Shown here in pieces: positions 10,371 through 20,439 of a stretch of 64,000 nt of DNA. The notes under the pieces are model-generated. The model saw only the letters and a program-made list of their open reading frames with translations, was not told the DNA's origin and searched no databases. A program made the position numbers and the translations under genes. Position 1 is the first letter of the stretch; each line of letters starts with the position of its first letter. The DNA is from Gammaproteobacteria bacterium (GTDB lineage Bacteria; Pseudomonadota; Gammaproteobacteria; GCA-001735895), in contig JANTFI010000001.1 in the NCBI GenBank assembly GCA_024763505.1, positions 8,602 to 72,601 on the forward strand, written 5' to 3'.

Positions 10371-13298
10371 CTACAATTCGGAGCGGGGCGTCGAAGATGA
10401 ATTGCGGTGTTGTTTGAAAATGAAATCCGGTTTCAGCCAGTAGACCAGCAGCGGCAAAAACAGTAAAGCGATAAGTACATCGAGAATCAGCGCCTCTGCA
10501 ATATACAAACTGACTGACCAGGTATTGGCCAACTGGGTATTCATCAGAGGGATCACGCTGCCGATCAGCACCACGACTGAAATCACGATCGCCGAACCGG
10601 TGGTGCGCACGGTTTTGCACAATGCCCTTTGCCAGTCTTGTTGTTTTTGCATTTCCTCCCGCAGTCTCGAAACCATATATACCCCGTAATCGATGCCCAG
10701 CCCCATCGCGATACTGAGTGCAACCTGCACATGAAAGGCCAGATTGGCGGACCACTCCTTGATCGATGTCATATAGCCGGCCAGTCCATATTGTGTCATC
10801 AGTGTGATAAAACACAGTGCGACCAGCACGAAAGCGATAATCCAGGAGCGAAACATGATCGCCGTCATCAGGAAAACGGTCAGCGAAGTCATTGCCGGTG
10901 CATGCAGCCATTCGGCAAAAGCGACATCGCGGGTGGCCTCGGTAATGCCCAGAAAGCCACCGATTGCGGCCTTGCCATCGCGGATTGATTCTTCGGTAAC
11001 GACGGTTCGTTTTTCATTTCCAGTATTGACCACGATGGTTTCACCGGCATCGATGCCGAAGCGAACCTGATCCATGCCCGGATCACTGGCATGATCACGC
11101 AGGTAATTCTGGATATCGACCACTACCTGATGGGTTTCGACCGGATCCATCGTATTGATAAAACTGACGATTACGCCTTCATCCCAACTGTTGGTATTGA
11201 TAAAGGCATCGAGTTCGCCCGGACCGGTGCTGCTTTGCAGCATGGCATTATAGGTTTGCACCGTTTCATCGGCATCGGGCAGAAAATCCGGGTCCTGCGG
11301 ATCACTGTAGGCATAGCGATTCATCTGCATATGATGCAGCATCGGGATGGCAAACAGATTCATGTGGCTCATTGGGGATTCACCGGCCGGCGCGTTGAGC
11401 ATCATATTGATGGTTTTGACGAACTGGGTGTAGGAAGTCGAATAACCGACATAGGGATGGCGACGCAGCCAGTCTTCAAAATCAGACAAGGCCTTCAATA
11501 CGATCGCCTGATTGAATATGCCCTGCGGCGGGTCTTCCACTTCGTCATAGCATTGATCCGGCCCGATGATTCGCTCATCATCTTCGTTGCGTGAATTATC
11601 ACCGCACAACGGTAGAACGCCATATTTAGAGCGAACCACCAGATTGGCAGTAATCACGCCTGGCATCATGGTCGAAAATTCGTCCAGATCCTGAATGATT
11701 TTTACTTTTTCTTCGCCACTCAGTTTACCCAGCAGATATTCATCCTTGAACGCGGCACGCGGATAATTGATGCCTTTTTCCGCACCGGGCATGATGTCGA
11801 ATTCATCCTGAATGCGCGCGACTTCAGGGTCGCTGCGTCCGGCTTCGCCCGCCATGATCGCATCTACGCCCCGACCGAGTTCAGCGTAATGGGCGGATAC
11901 CCATAACAGGCCGAACACCAGTGCGACCGGAATCCATTTCATTCGGCCGGTCAGCAGACCTGCGACACTCTCTCCCAGATGTTTTTCCCAGGGACGCAGT
12001 TTTTCACCCTTTTTCAGCTTCGGCGGATACAGCGTCATCAACAGAGGGATCAGTGTAGTGGTGGTCAGAATCAGGGTCGACATGCCGAAGATACCGAAAT
12101 AGGCATAGGCTTTGTAAAAGGAAATATCGACGAATGAAATGGCAAAAAAGCCGTGCAGGTCGGTGCCGATCGACAACGATGCCGGTACGATGGTGGCGCG
12201 AATAGCGTGAAAGGCTGCCAGATCCGGATCCTTATGCTTGTGTAATTCCTGAACATAGCGGCGGGTGACCTGCATGGCATGACCGATGCCGATGGCGAGC
12301 AGCAGCATCGGGGTCAGAATCATCATGGTAGTCAGTTTGAACTGGGTCAAGCCCATCAGGCCGAGGGTCAGAATAATGGTCATGCCGACCCCGATAATCG
12401 GGAACAGGGAACAATTCCAATGGCGGAATTCATAGCGCAAAACCAGCAGGATGATGAGTAGCGAAATACCGAACAACCACGCCTTGTCCCAGACTTCTTC
12501 TACCATCGAGGCCAGAAAATAGGGTTCGCCTGACAGTAGAAACTCAACCCGGTCGCCATACTCGTCCTGATAGCGTTTTTGCAGCGCATGCACCTGGTTG
12601 ATCCAGTCGATGTAGTCTTCTTTCAACTCGTCGCCGAAATCACCAAGAATGAAGGTTGCGCGTGCCTGACACTGTTGATGTGCATACGCCACCGACTGAT
12701 TCGAAAGCACACCCTGTTCATCGACCAGTTGGCATCTTTCGCCGTCGGCATTCTGGTAATAAATCAGTAAAGGCTCCAGTACCGGATGGGTTTGTATGCC
12801 CATTTTGACGAAATCAATTTGCTGCTGCAGCTCGGCCGGGTCATCGGAAAAACCGTTGGCCGGAATCAGCCGCTTGAAATCCAGACTGCCGTCTTCGGCA
12901 ATGCCCAGTCGGCGCATGCGTGGAGCGGGAAGTCCGGCGAAATTTTCGGAACGGGCATAGCTCAAGGTGCTGACATCCTTGTAATATTGATCGAGCATGC
13001 TTAGAAACCACGGTTCGAATATATCGCCCGGCTGTTTTAACTTCAGCCCCCACACCATCACATTTCCCATGCCGTAAAAGCGTTCGTTATAGAGATTGGT
13101 GGCAATATAACGGTTGGATAAAGGCAGCAATGAATCCGGGTCGTTGCGCAGATTGACATCCTTGATGTAGAAGGCTGCCAGTACTGTGAAAGCAAACAGG
13201 GAAAGTATGATCAGCCAGCGATTTCGCAGGGCAAAGCGGGCATAGCGGTCCGCCAGGCTATCTTCCGGCTGGCGAATATATAACTCAGCGTTTGCCAT
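10371..13298 (-). CDS. MMPL/RND-superfamily exporter (12-TM, two large periplasmic loops).
   Basis: 975 aa. Two hydrophobic 6-TM bundles each preceded by a large soluble domain. The C-terminal bundle resembles MMPL/SSD family helices. Confidence 0.65.
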   Translation of the reverse strand: MANAELYIRQPEDSLADRYARFALRNRWLIILSLFAFTVLAAFYIKDVNLRNDPDSLLPLSNRYIATNLYNERFYGMGNVMVWGLKLKQPGDIFEPWFLSMLDQYYKDVSTLSYARSENFAGLPAPRMRRLGIAEDGSLDFKRLIPANGFSDDPAELQQQIDFVKMGIQTHPVLEPLLIYYQNADGERCQLVDEQGVLSNQSVAYAHQQCQARATFILGDFGDELKEDYIDWINQVHALQKRYQDEYGDRVEFLLSGEPYFLASMVEEVWDKAWLFGISLLIILLVLRYEFRHWNCSLFPIIGVGMTIILTLGLMGLTQFKLTTMMILTPMLLLAIGIGHAMQVTRRYVQELHKHKDPDLAAFHAIRATIVPASLSIGTDLHGFFAISFVDISFYKAYAYFGIFGMSTLILTTTTLIPLLMTLYPPKLKKGEKLRPWEKHLGESVAGLLTGRMKWIPVALVFGLLWVSAHYAELGRGVDAIMAGEAGRSDPEVARIQDEFDIMPGAEKGINYPRAAFKDEYLLGKLSGEEKVKIIQDLDEFSTMMPGVITANLVVRSKYGVLPLCGDNSRNEDDERIIGPDQCYDEVEDPPQGIFNQAIVLKALSDFEDWLRRHPYVGYSTSYTQFVKTINMMLNAPAGESPMSHMNLFAIPMLHHMQMNRYAYSDPQDPDFLPDADETVQTYNAMLQSSTGPGELDAFINTNSWDEGVIVSFINTMDPVETHQVVVDIQNYLRDHASDPGMDQVRFGIDAGETIVVNTGNEKRTVVTEESIRDGKAAIGGFLGITEATRDVAFAEWLHAPAMTSLTVFLMTAIMFRSWIIAFVLVALCFITLMTQYGLAGYMTSIKEWSANLAFHVQVALSIAMGLGIDYGVYMVSRLREEMQKQQDWQRALCKTVRTTGSAIVISVVVLIGSVIPLMNTQLANTWSVSLYIAEALILDVLIALLFLPLLVYWLKPDFIFKQHRNSSSTPRSEL

Positions 13299-14247
13299 AC
13301 TTTTTGAGGGTTCGTTCCGACCAGAAGTTGTCTGGCAAATCCTGGTTCAGCAGCACGGTGCTGCGCGGTACGAAAATCATGCTGTCGATGCCGCTGTCAT
13401 GAGTTACGGCATAGATATAACGCGGATACACCACGCGGGGGTCGGGCTGGTCCAGCGATTGCCAGTCGATATCAACGGTTTTGATCTTCTTGCCATCTTT
13501 GAAATACACGGTGCGATACAGCGCGAAGGTTTTGCTATCGACATAACTGATGCGGTCGTCATACCACCATTGCTTGAAATGGGTAGTGCTTTTGACTTCA
13601 TATACCTCTTTGCCCCGGTGGCCGCATTGCGATCCGGGTAAATTACGGGTATAGCGGTTGAGTTCCCAGGGGTTTAATTCCATCGCCAGCAAACACTCAT
13701 TGAATATGGATTTCCCCAGCAATTCATGGCTTTCGTGTTCGGGCCGACGTAACACCAGTTCGCCGTAGGTGAGGTTGGTGCCGACCCAGGTGTCGTCGTG
13801 AGCCGGTTCACTGATGCGGCGTGACTTTCGCAAGGAGGGTAGCCACAAAATCATCATGCCGGGTTTGGCCTTGTCGGCAAAACTGGTGTACAAAATGCCG
13901 GTGCCGCGGGCTTTGCCCGATTTGATGATAGCCATCTGCATGGAATCCAGCGCCGGATTTTTCGGGTTCGAGTTGCCCCAGGTTTCAAAGGTGTTGACGG
14001 TAGGACGACGGCCGGGTTTGCGCTTGGCCTTCGGCGGTCGATTGACTAGCATGGCAATGTCCTTGCCGTTTTTGCGACTGGCGGCATTTTGCACCAGTTG
14101 TCCATGCGCGATTGCATACACTTGCTGCGCGATCTGCAAACCGTTCAGTTCGCCTTGCGGATAGGGGATCGGTGTTTTTGCAGCAGCTACAGAAAAAACG
14201 GCAGAAAAACAACTAATTACAAGAATGCGTAATATTTTCTTAGTCAT
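13285..14247 (-). CDS. Outer-membrane lipoprotein-sorting (LolA-like) protein partnering the MMPL exporter.
   Basis: Signal peptide MTKKILRILVISCFSAVFSVAAA. Its stop overlaps the exporter start by 14 nt. LolA-like/MMPL pairing is a recurrent arrangement. Confidence 0.5.
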   Translation of the reverse strand: MTKKILRILVISCFSAVFSVAAAKTPIPYPQGELNGLQIAQQVYAIAHGQLVQNAASRKNGKDIAMLVNRPPKAKRKPGRRPTVNTFETWGNSNPKNPALDSMQMAIIKSGKARGTGILYTSFADKAKPGMMILWLPSLRKSRRISEPAHDDTWVGTNLTYGELVLRRPEHESHELLGKSIFNECLLAMELNPWELNRYTRNLPGSQCGHRGKEVYEVKSTTHFKQWWYDDRISYVDSKTFALYRTVYFKDGKKIKTVDIDWQSLDQPDPRVVYPRYIYAVTHDSGIDSMIFVPRSTVLLNQDLPDNFWSERTLKKYGKR

Positions 14248-14419
14248 GAATGTGAGTGTGCCATTTGCGCGAAATTCCGTCCACAATTGAAGTGGGTTAC
14301 GGCGGTTTTTTCACCATCCAGGTTAATGGAAATCATATAAAATGATTTCGCAAACGAGTGTTTCTGTTAATAGTTAGAAACTTAATAAATTATAAAATAA
14401 TTAAATAGGTTCGAAAGAT

Positions 14420-14881
14420 ATGAAAAAATTGCTGACCGCTCTGGTAATCGCATGGATGCTGGGAGCTTGCACCGGTGCGAATACGACACCGGAAGATGAA
14501 ATCCGCGAGTATATCGATCGCGGAATTGCAGCTGCCGAAAACCGCGATAGCGCCGAGCTTGCGGAGATGGTCGATGCGCAATATCAGGATAAAAACGGGA
14601 TGGACAAGAAACAGTTGCGCTCGATGCTGCACTTTTATTTCCTGCGGCATAAAAATATTTATCTGTTTCGCAAAATAGACGAGATCGTGCTTCTGTCGAA
14701 ACAGGCGGCTCATGTCAGTCTGTATGTGGCGATGGCCGGTAGCGCGATCAGTGATGCCAGCATGTTGGCGAATCTGCGTGCCCGGGTGTATCGCTTTGAA
14801 CTGGAACTGGTCAAACCGGATGGCGAGTGGCTGCTGAAATCGGCGCGATGGCAAGCGGCTTCGCCGGGCGATCTCCAGTAA
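14420..14881 (+). CDS. Lipoprotein of unknown function.
   Basis: 153 aa, lipobox LGAC at residues 13-17. Coding-like composition. Confidence 0.5.
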   Translation: MKKLLTALVIAWMLGACTGANTTPEDEIREYIDRGIAAAENRDSAELAEMVDAQYQDKNGMDKKQLRSMLHFYFLRHKNIYLFRKIDEIVLLSKQAAHVSLYVAMAGSAISDASMLANLRARVYRFELELVKPDGEWLLKSARWQAASPGDLQ

Positions 14882-14980
14882 ATCAGGTCAGCAGGTAATA
14901 CAGTAACGCGATCACCAGGCCTACGATCAGGATTTCCCGGGCACGCTTGCAGGTATTGCAGGGTTTCATGGTGTTGCGGT

Positions 14981-15574
14981 CTAAAACTTGCTGATGGCCT
15001 TGTCGGCATTCGACAGAATACGTGAACTTAGCTGTTGCGGATCGATGCTGCGTTCTCGATCACCCTGGCCGATCAGGTCTTCACGCATGTGCACCGTCAA
15101 CCGCGCCAGTGCTCGGGAGATATCGTCCGATTCGTCATCGTTTAGTGCCAGATCGGATACCGAAGCGGAAATTGCGGTGACAAAACGGCTGTATTCATCG
15201 AGTACGGAAGGAGAAGCTGCAATGGCTAGCCGGTGACTGAAAAATTCCAGATGTAACAAATCTCGTTCGGTCAGTTCGGCTCGAGCCAGAACCTGTTCGA
15301 GGTCCTGAATAATATCCATATAAAGCTCTGATTTCAGCTCCATATAACGCAGACTTTGTTCCTTTTTCAACTCGACTTCGGTTTGTTTGTTGAGCAGCAA
15401 AGCAGTGATCAGCACCGTCATCAGGGTGCCCATTACGATTAGCACAACTTCCTGAGCGAACGGGATGTCATCGGTAATCTTGTATTCGTATCGAAGCAAG
15501 ATATAACCGCCGATGATAATGATTGCAGTCAACAGCAAGAGCAGGAATTTATAGGCGGCGCGTGTGAAAGTCAT
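14981..15574 (-). CDS. Membrane-anchored hypothetical protein.
   Basis: 197 aa. Two N-terminal TM helices, then an acidic coiled-coil-like tail. Confidence 0.45.
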   Translation of the reverse strand: MTFTRAAYKFLLLLLTAIIIIGGYILLRYEYKITDDIPFAQEVVLIVMGTLMTVLITALLLNKQTEVELKKEQSLRYMELKSELYMDIIQDLEQVLARAELTERDLLHLEFFSHRLAIAASPSVLDEYSRFVTAISASVSDLALNDDESDDISRALARLTVHMREDLIGQGDRERSIDPQQLSSRILSNADKAISKF

Positions 15575-15746
15575 TACCAGAGAATCATTTTTGGGAAGGC
15601 TCGAGTATGCTGTTGGCGAAGAGGCTAATCAAGTCTCCGGGTGCAGAATTTATTTGCCTTGGCCCATTGAAACCACCTGATTCGCCCTTACTAATGCAAT
15701 AAGCAATTTTTAAGAAGTTCAACAGGAATAAACAGGAGAAAATAAC

Positions 15747-16265
15747 ATGAGCATGCAACAAAACGAAAAACTCGACCATATTCTCAAGGCACTGGATCCG
15801 ATCGAATTGGCACCGGCAGAGTATCCGCCAGCAGTGATCGTGCGCGAGTCAGATCGAGACGAATTGATGGCGCGGGTCAAAGAAAATGCACAAGCAACCG
15901 GCATTCAGCTGGATCAGGATCATTACGAAGTCATCGATTTCCTGTTTGATTTCTACAGCAATTGCTGCGCCCAGGATGACCCGGGATTTATCGATCCGCT
16001 AAATTACTGGAAAAAGGTCGACAAGATGCAAGCCAAAGACAGTAGTGACAATACCGAGCGATGCCCGTATGGACAGTTATCGTCAAGCGAGGCGCTGAAT
16101 GCCTGGCGTATCTATCGTGTTTTGGTCAAGGCATTCAAGGACAAGGGCGGTAAAAAACATCTATACACCCTGTTTCCTTTTGGTCCGATCTTTACCATTC
16201 ATTTACTGGCGCAACTGCCGCGTCTGTTGAATGATACCGATCGCCATTACGGCACCGCTTTTTGA
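15747..16265 (+). CDS. DsrC/TusE-family-like protein lacking the C-terminal catalytic cysteines.
   Basis: 172 aa. HYEVIDFLFDFY and KKHLYTLFPFGP...AQLPRL match the conserved HWEVVRFVRDFY / YLYRLFPKGP...AGLPKP blocks of E. coli TusE and A. vinosum DsrC. The protein ends ..RHYGTAF with no CxxxxxxxxxxC tail. Confidence 0.5.
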   Translation: MSMQQNEKLDHILKALDPIELAPAEYPPAVIVRESDRDELMARVKENAQATGIQLDQDHYEVIDFLFDFYSNCCAQDDPGFIDPLNYWKKVDKMQAKDSSDNTERCPYGQLSSSEALNAWRIYRVLVKAFKDKGGKKHLYTLFPFGPIFTIHLLAQLPRLLNDTDRHYGTAF

Positions 16266-16305
16266 TCGGTTCGAGCTTTCCCATGTAAAAACGGGGCAGG
16301 GTGGA

Positions 16306-17433
16306 TCACTCTGTCCCGTCACTGATTTTTGGCGGCGAATTCAGTAAAACACCGTCCGGCACATGCACGGTTGAAGTCGGGTATGCGATTTCGGCGCCAT
16401 GCCGGGTGATGATGGCACTGATCTGGAACAAGACATCCTGCTTGACCTCGTGGAATTTCACCCAGTTGGTGGTTTTGGTAAAGGTGTACACAAAGAAATT
16501 CAGTGACGAAGCAGCGAAGCTGTCGAAATTAACCATCAGGGTCTGGCTGGTATCGATCTCCGGGTGGTTCAGCAGCATCTCGCGCACCTCCGTGAGAATA
16601 TCTTCCAGCCTGTCCACATCATCATAACGCACACCAATGGTTTCATAGATTCGTCGGTGCGTCATGCGCGAAGGGTTGACCACTGCGATATTGGCGAAGG
16701 TCGAATTCGGTACATAAATCGGCCGTTTGTCAAAACTTCGGATGCGCGTCAAGCGCCAGCCGATATCTTCGACGGTGCCTTCGATATCGCGGTCAGGTGA
16801 TTTGATCCAGTCGCCGACAAAAAACGGACGATCGAGATAAATCATCAGTCCGCCAAAAAAATTGGCCAGTAAATCCTTGGCAGCAAAACCCACTGCAATG
16901 CCGCCGACTCCGCCAAAGGCCAGCACGCCTGAAATACTGAAACCCAGCGTCTGCAACATGACCAGCCCTGCGGTGATAATGATCGACAGGCGAATCAATT
17001 TGCCGATCGCCTCGACGGTCGAGCGGTCGTAGTTTTCATCCTGCGCCAGCCCGATCTCCACCAGATTCTGCTGAAAATTGCGGATCAGCCGAACCAGAAA
17101 CCAGCTCAGAGCAGAAATCACACCGATAATTCTCAGCGGCTCGACTGCATCGAACAGGCTGGAATGAGCCTCCTTGCCAGCGATATCGGCTGCAAAGGCC
17201 AAACCCAGTACCCAGATCAATAATGTCAAAGGCCGTTGCAGGGCATGTATCAGCGCGTCATCCCAGGGGTTTTCGGTATGCCTGAATTTATGCGCCAGCC
17301 GCTTTAGCAGTAGCCGTTGTACCAGATCCAGCGCCAGCGCCAGTAGCACCACGATAAACAGACGTCCGACCCAGCTATTGGCACCGGTCCAAACCTGCAG
17401 TTGGGCGATCAAATCATTTAATGAATTTTCCAT
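16306..17433 (-). CDS. Small-conductance mechanosensitive channel, MscS family.
   Basis: 375 aa. TM3 and the beta-domain signature (GGIAVGFAAKDLLANFFGGLMIYLDRPFFVGDWI) are typical of MscS-like channels. Confidence 0.85.
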   Translation of the reverse strand: MENSLNDLIAQLQVWTGANSWVGRLFIVVLLALALDLVQRLLLKRLAHKFRHTENPWDDALIHALQRPLTLLIWVLGLAFAADIAGKEAHSSLFDAVEPLRIIGVISALSWFLVRLIRNFQQNLVEIGLAQDENYDRSTVEAIGKLIRLSIIITAGLVMLQTLGFSISGVLAFGGVGGIAVGFAAKDLLANFFGGLMIYLDRPFFVGDWIKSPDRDIEGTVEDIGWRLTRIRSFDKRPIYVPNSTFANIAVVNPSRMTHRRIYETIGVRYDDVDRLEDILTEVREMLLNHPEIDTSQTLMVNFDSFAASSLNFFVYTFTKTTNWVKFHEVKQDVLFQISAIITRHGAEIAYPTSTVHVPDGVLLNSPPKISDGTE

Positions 17434-17448
17434 GGCAAAAAAAGAACA

Positions 17449-18939
17449 TCAGGAAGGAAAGGAAAAATTAACGCCTTCGCGGACACCGGATGACGGCCAG
17501 CGTTGGGTAATGGTTTTGCGGCGGGTATAAAAGCGTACGCTGTCCGGGCCATAGGCGGACAGGTCGCCAAACAGGGATTGCTTCCAGCCGCCGAAACTGT
17601 GGTAGGCCACCGGCACCGGCAGCGGCACATTGATGCCGACCATGCCGACCTGAATATGATCGCTGAAATAGCGGGCTGCTTCACCATCGCGTGTGAACAG
17701 GCAGGTTCCATTGCCGTAGGCATGGGCATCGATCAATTGCATTGCTTGTTGCAAGTTTTCTACCCGGACAATTTGCAGCACCGGGCCAAAGATTTCAGCC
17801 TGATAGGATTCCATTTCTGCAGTCACATGATCGAGCAGGGTACCGCCAATGAAAAATCCCTTTAGGTGGTTTTCGACCTGCACATCACGGCCATCGATCA
17901 CCACCTCGGCACCCTGTGACTCGGCACTGTCGATGAAGCCTTTGACCCTTTGCTGGTGCTCGGCGGTAATTAACGGGCCAAAGTCATTCGAGCGATCATC
18001 AAACGGGCCGGTTTTCAGCGTCTGCATTTTTTGACGCAAGCCGGAAACCAGTTGCTGCGCTGCCTGATCGCCGACCGCGACCGCCACGGAAATCGCCATG
18101 CATCGCTCACCGCTGGAGCCAAACGCCGCGCCGATCAGGGCGTTGACCGCATTGTCCATGTCTGCGTCGGGCATCACTACGGCATGATTTTTTGCGCCAC
18201 CCAGCGCCTGACAGCGTTTGCCGAGCTGCGCCGATTGCTGGTGAATGGCGCGCGCGACCGGGGTCGAACCGACGAAACTGATGGCTTGCACGCGATCATC
18301 CTGCAGCAGGCAATCGACCGCTTCGCGATCACCATTGATGACATTCATCACCCCGGCCGGCAAACCGGCCTGATGCAGCAATTGCGCAATAAAAAGCGCG
18401 GCGCTGGGATCTCGTTCTGATGGCTTGAGTACAAAACAATTACCGCAAACAATCGCCATCGGATACATCCACAGTGGCACCATCGCCGGAAAATTGAACG
18501 GCGTAATTCCAGCGACCACACCCAGCGGCTGAAATTCGCTCCACGAATCAATATCCGGGCCGACATTGCGACTGTGTTCCCCTTTGAGAATTTCCGGAGC
18601 GCAGCAGGCGTATTCTACATTTTCGATACCACGGTTGATTTCACCGATCGCGTCATGCGCGATTTTGCCATGTTCCTGCCCGATCAACTCTGCAATCTCG
18701 TCGATGTGTTGTTCCAGCAAATCACGAAAACGAAACATGACTCTGGCCCGTTTCAATGGTGGCGTAGCACGCCAGGCAGGGAAGGCGGCTTCGGCCGCTG
18801 CTACGGCTTTGGCGACGGTGTCGCCCGATGCCAGCGATACCTGACGAATCACTTCGCCGGTGGAAGGGTTGAAGACATCCTGGGTTCGATCATCACCAGC
18901 AATGATTTCTCCATTGATAAAGTGACCAATTGTATGCAT
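17449..18939 (-). CDS. mmsA: CoA-acylating methylmalonate-semialdehyde dehydrogenase.
   Basis: 496 aa aldehyde dehydrogenase with MMSDH-type motifs (FNPSTGEV..., active-site region ...CMAISVAVAVG...). Confidence 0.85.
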   Translation of the reverse strand: MHTIGHFINGEIIAGDDRTQDVFNPSTGEVIRQVSLASGDTVAKAVAAAEAAFPAWRATPPLKRARVMFRFRDLLEQHIDEIAELIGQEHGKIAHDAIGEINRGIENVEYACCAPEILKGEHSRNVGPDIDSWSEFQPLGVVAGITPFNFPAMVPLWMYPMAIVCGNCFVLKPSERDPSAALFIAQLLHQAGLPAGVMNVINGDREAVDCLLQDDRVQAISFVGSTPVARAIHQQSAQLGKRCQALGGAKNHAVVMPDADMDNAVNALIGAAFGSSGERCMAISVAVAVGDQAAQQLVSGLRQKMQTLKTGPFDDRSNDFGPLITAEHQQRVKGFIDSAESQGAEVVIDGRDVQVENHLKGFFIGGTLLDHVTAEMESYQAEIFGPVLQIVRVENLQQAMQLIDAHAYGNGTCLFTRDGEAARYFSDHIQVGMVGINVPLPVPVAYHSFGGWKQSLFGDLSAYGPDSVRFYTRRKTITQRWPSSGVREGVNFSFPS

Positions 18940-18965
18940 GCGCAGGTTCTCTTTCGCGTTGGTGG

Positions 18966-20285
18966 TTATGTTATTTCAGCCAGCGATTCAGCGATTGCGC
19001 CGACGATGTCATGGATCTGTTGTTCGGTTACGATAAAGGGCAAACCGAGTTGCAGGGTGTCGCCGCCGTAGCGCACATAAAAGCCTTTTTCCCAGCATTT
19101 CATCGCGACCTGAAAGGGCCTCAATGCGGGCTCACCGGGGGCAGCTTCCAGTGTTAAACCGGCGGCCAGACCAAAATTTCGAATATCACTAATCAGTGGA
19201 AGATCGCGCAAGCCGTGGATGGCATCTTCGAGAATCGGTGCCATGTTTTGCACGCGCTCGATCAGCAGGTCTTGCTGTAACAGATCCAGCGTGGCCAATG
19301 CGGCCGCACAGGCCACCGGGTGCGCAGAATAAGTGTATCCATGCATCAGTTCAACCAGATATTCTGGAGTATCGAGATACATGAAATGCTGATAGATATC
19401 ACGTTGCACGACGACACCACCGAGCGGTTGACTGCCATTGCTGATTTGCTTAGCAAAGGTCATGATGTCGGGCGTGACGCCGAACACTTCAGCGCCGCTG
19501 TAGCCTCCCATGCGGCCGAAAGCGGTAATCACTTCATCGAAAATCAACAAAATGTCATGTGCGCTGCAAATCTCGCGCAAGCGTTGCAGATAACCGATCG
19601 GAGGGGGGATTACGCCACCGGAACCGGCCATCGGCTCGACGATGACCGCAGCAATATTCTCGGCGCCATGCAGGGAGATCATTTCGAGCAGGGCGTCGGC
19701 GGTGTGCGCGCCATGTTGCGGTTGTCCGCGGCTGTAGCGATTTTGTTCCAACTGGGTCGAGGGCAGGTGGTCGGCTTGCAGGGTTTCGCCAAACGGATAA
19801 CGATTGGGGCCGATACCACCGACGCTGATGCCGCCAAAATTAACCCCGTGATAGCCCTTGATCCGCCCGATCAGACGAGCTTTGGATGCCTTGCCCTGGC
19901 TATGCCAGAAGGCGCGGGCTATCTTTAACGCGGTATCGACCGCTTCGGAACCGGAGCATGTGAAAAACACATGCTCAAGACCATCGGGCATCAGTGTTGC
20001 AATGCGGCTGGCCAGCTCGAATGAAAGAGGATGCCCGAACTGAAAAGCTGGTGAATAGTCGAGCGTGGCGATTTGCTGGCTGACCGCAGCGGTGATTTCT
20101 TCGCGCCCATGTCCGGCTCCACAATTCCAGAGTCCGGACAGGCCATCAAAAATCTCACGCCCGTGCTGATCGCGGTAAAAACAACCGCTTGCCGAGGTGA
20201 TGATGCGTGGATTCTGCCTGAATTCACGATTCGCCGTAAATGGCATCCAGTGGGCGTCTAAATTTTCCGGCACAAACGTCGTCAT
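18966..20285 (-). CDS. Class-III aminotransferase, omega-amino acid:pyruvate (beta-alanine-pyruvate) transaminase type.
   Basis: 439 aa PLP-dependent fold. Adjacent to mmsA as in beta-alanine catabolic operons. Confidence 0.8.
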   Translation of the reverse strand: MTTFVPENLDAHWMPFTANREFRQNPRIITSASGCFYRDQHGREIFDGLSGLWNCGAGHGREEITAAVSQQIATLDYSPAFQFGHPLSFELASRIATLMPDGLEHVFFTCSGSEAVDTALKIARAFWHSQGKASKARLIGRIKGYHGVNFGGISVGGIGPNRYPFGETLQADHLPSTQLEQNRYSRGQPQHGAHTADALLEMISLHGAENIAAVIVEPMAGSGGVIPPPIGYLQRLREICSAHDILLIFDEVITAFGRMGGYSGAEVFGVTPDIMTFAKQISNGSQPLGGVVVQRDIYQHFMYLDTPEYLVELMHGYTYSAHPVACAAALATLDLLQQDLLIERVQNMAPILEDAIHGLRDLPLISDIRNFGLAAGLTLEAAPGEPALRPFQVAMKCWEKGFYVRYGGDTLQLGLPFIVTEQQIHDIVGAIAESLAEIT

Positions 20286-20402
20286 CGGTTACTCGGCTAG
20301 GATCAATCGGCTGGTTCAAAATACCAGCGCTCACTCTACTGCAAAGCGGGTTTTAGTGGAATGATTTTAGCGGTGAGGCGAGTTATAAACACGGACAGGC
20401 AT

Positions 20403-20433
20403 AAAAAAACCCCGACTGAAATCAGTCGGGGTC
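20403..20433 (-). terminator. Rho-independent terminator downstream of ssrA.
   Basis: GC hairpin CCCCGACTGA-AATC-AGTCGGGG followed by a U7 tract on the minus strand, immediately 3' of the tmRNA CCA end. Confidence 0.7.
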
Positions 20434-20439
20434 TGGTAT

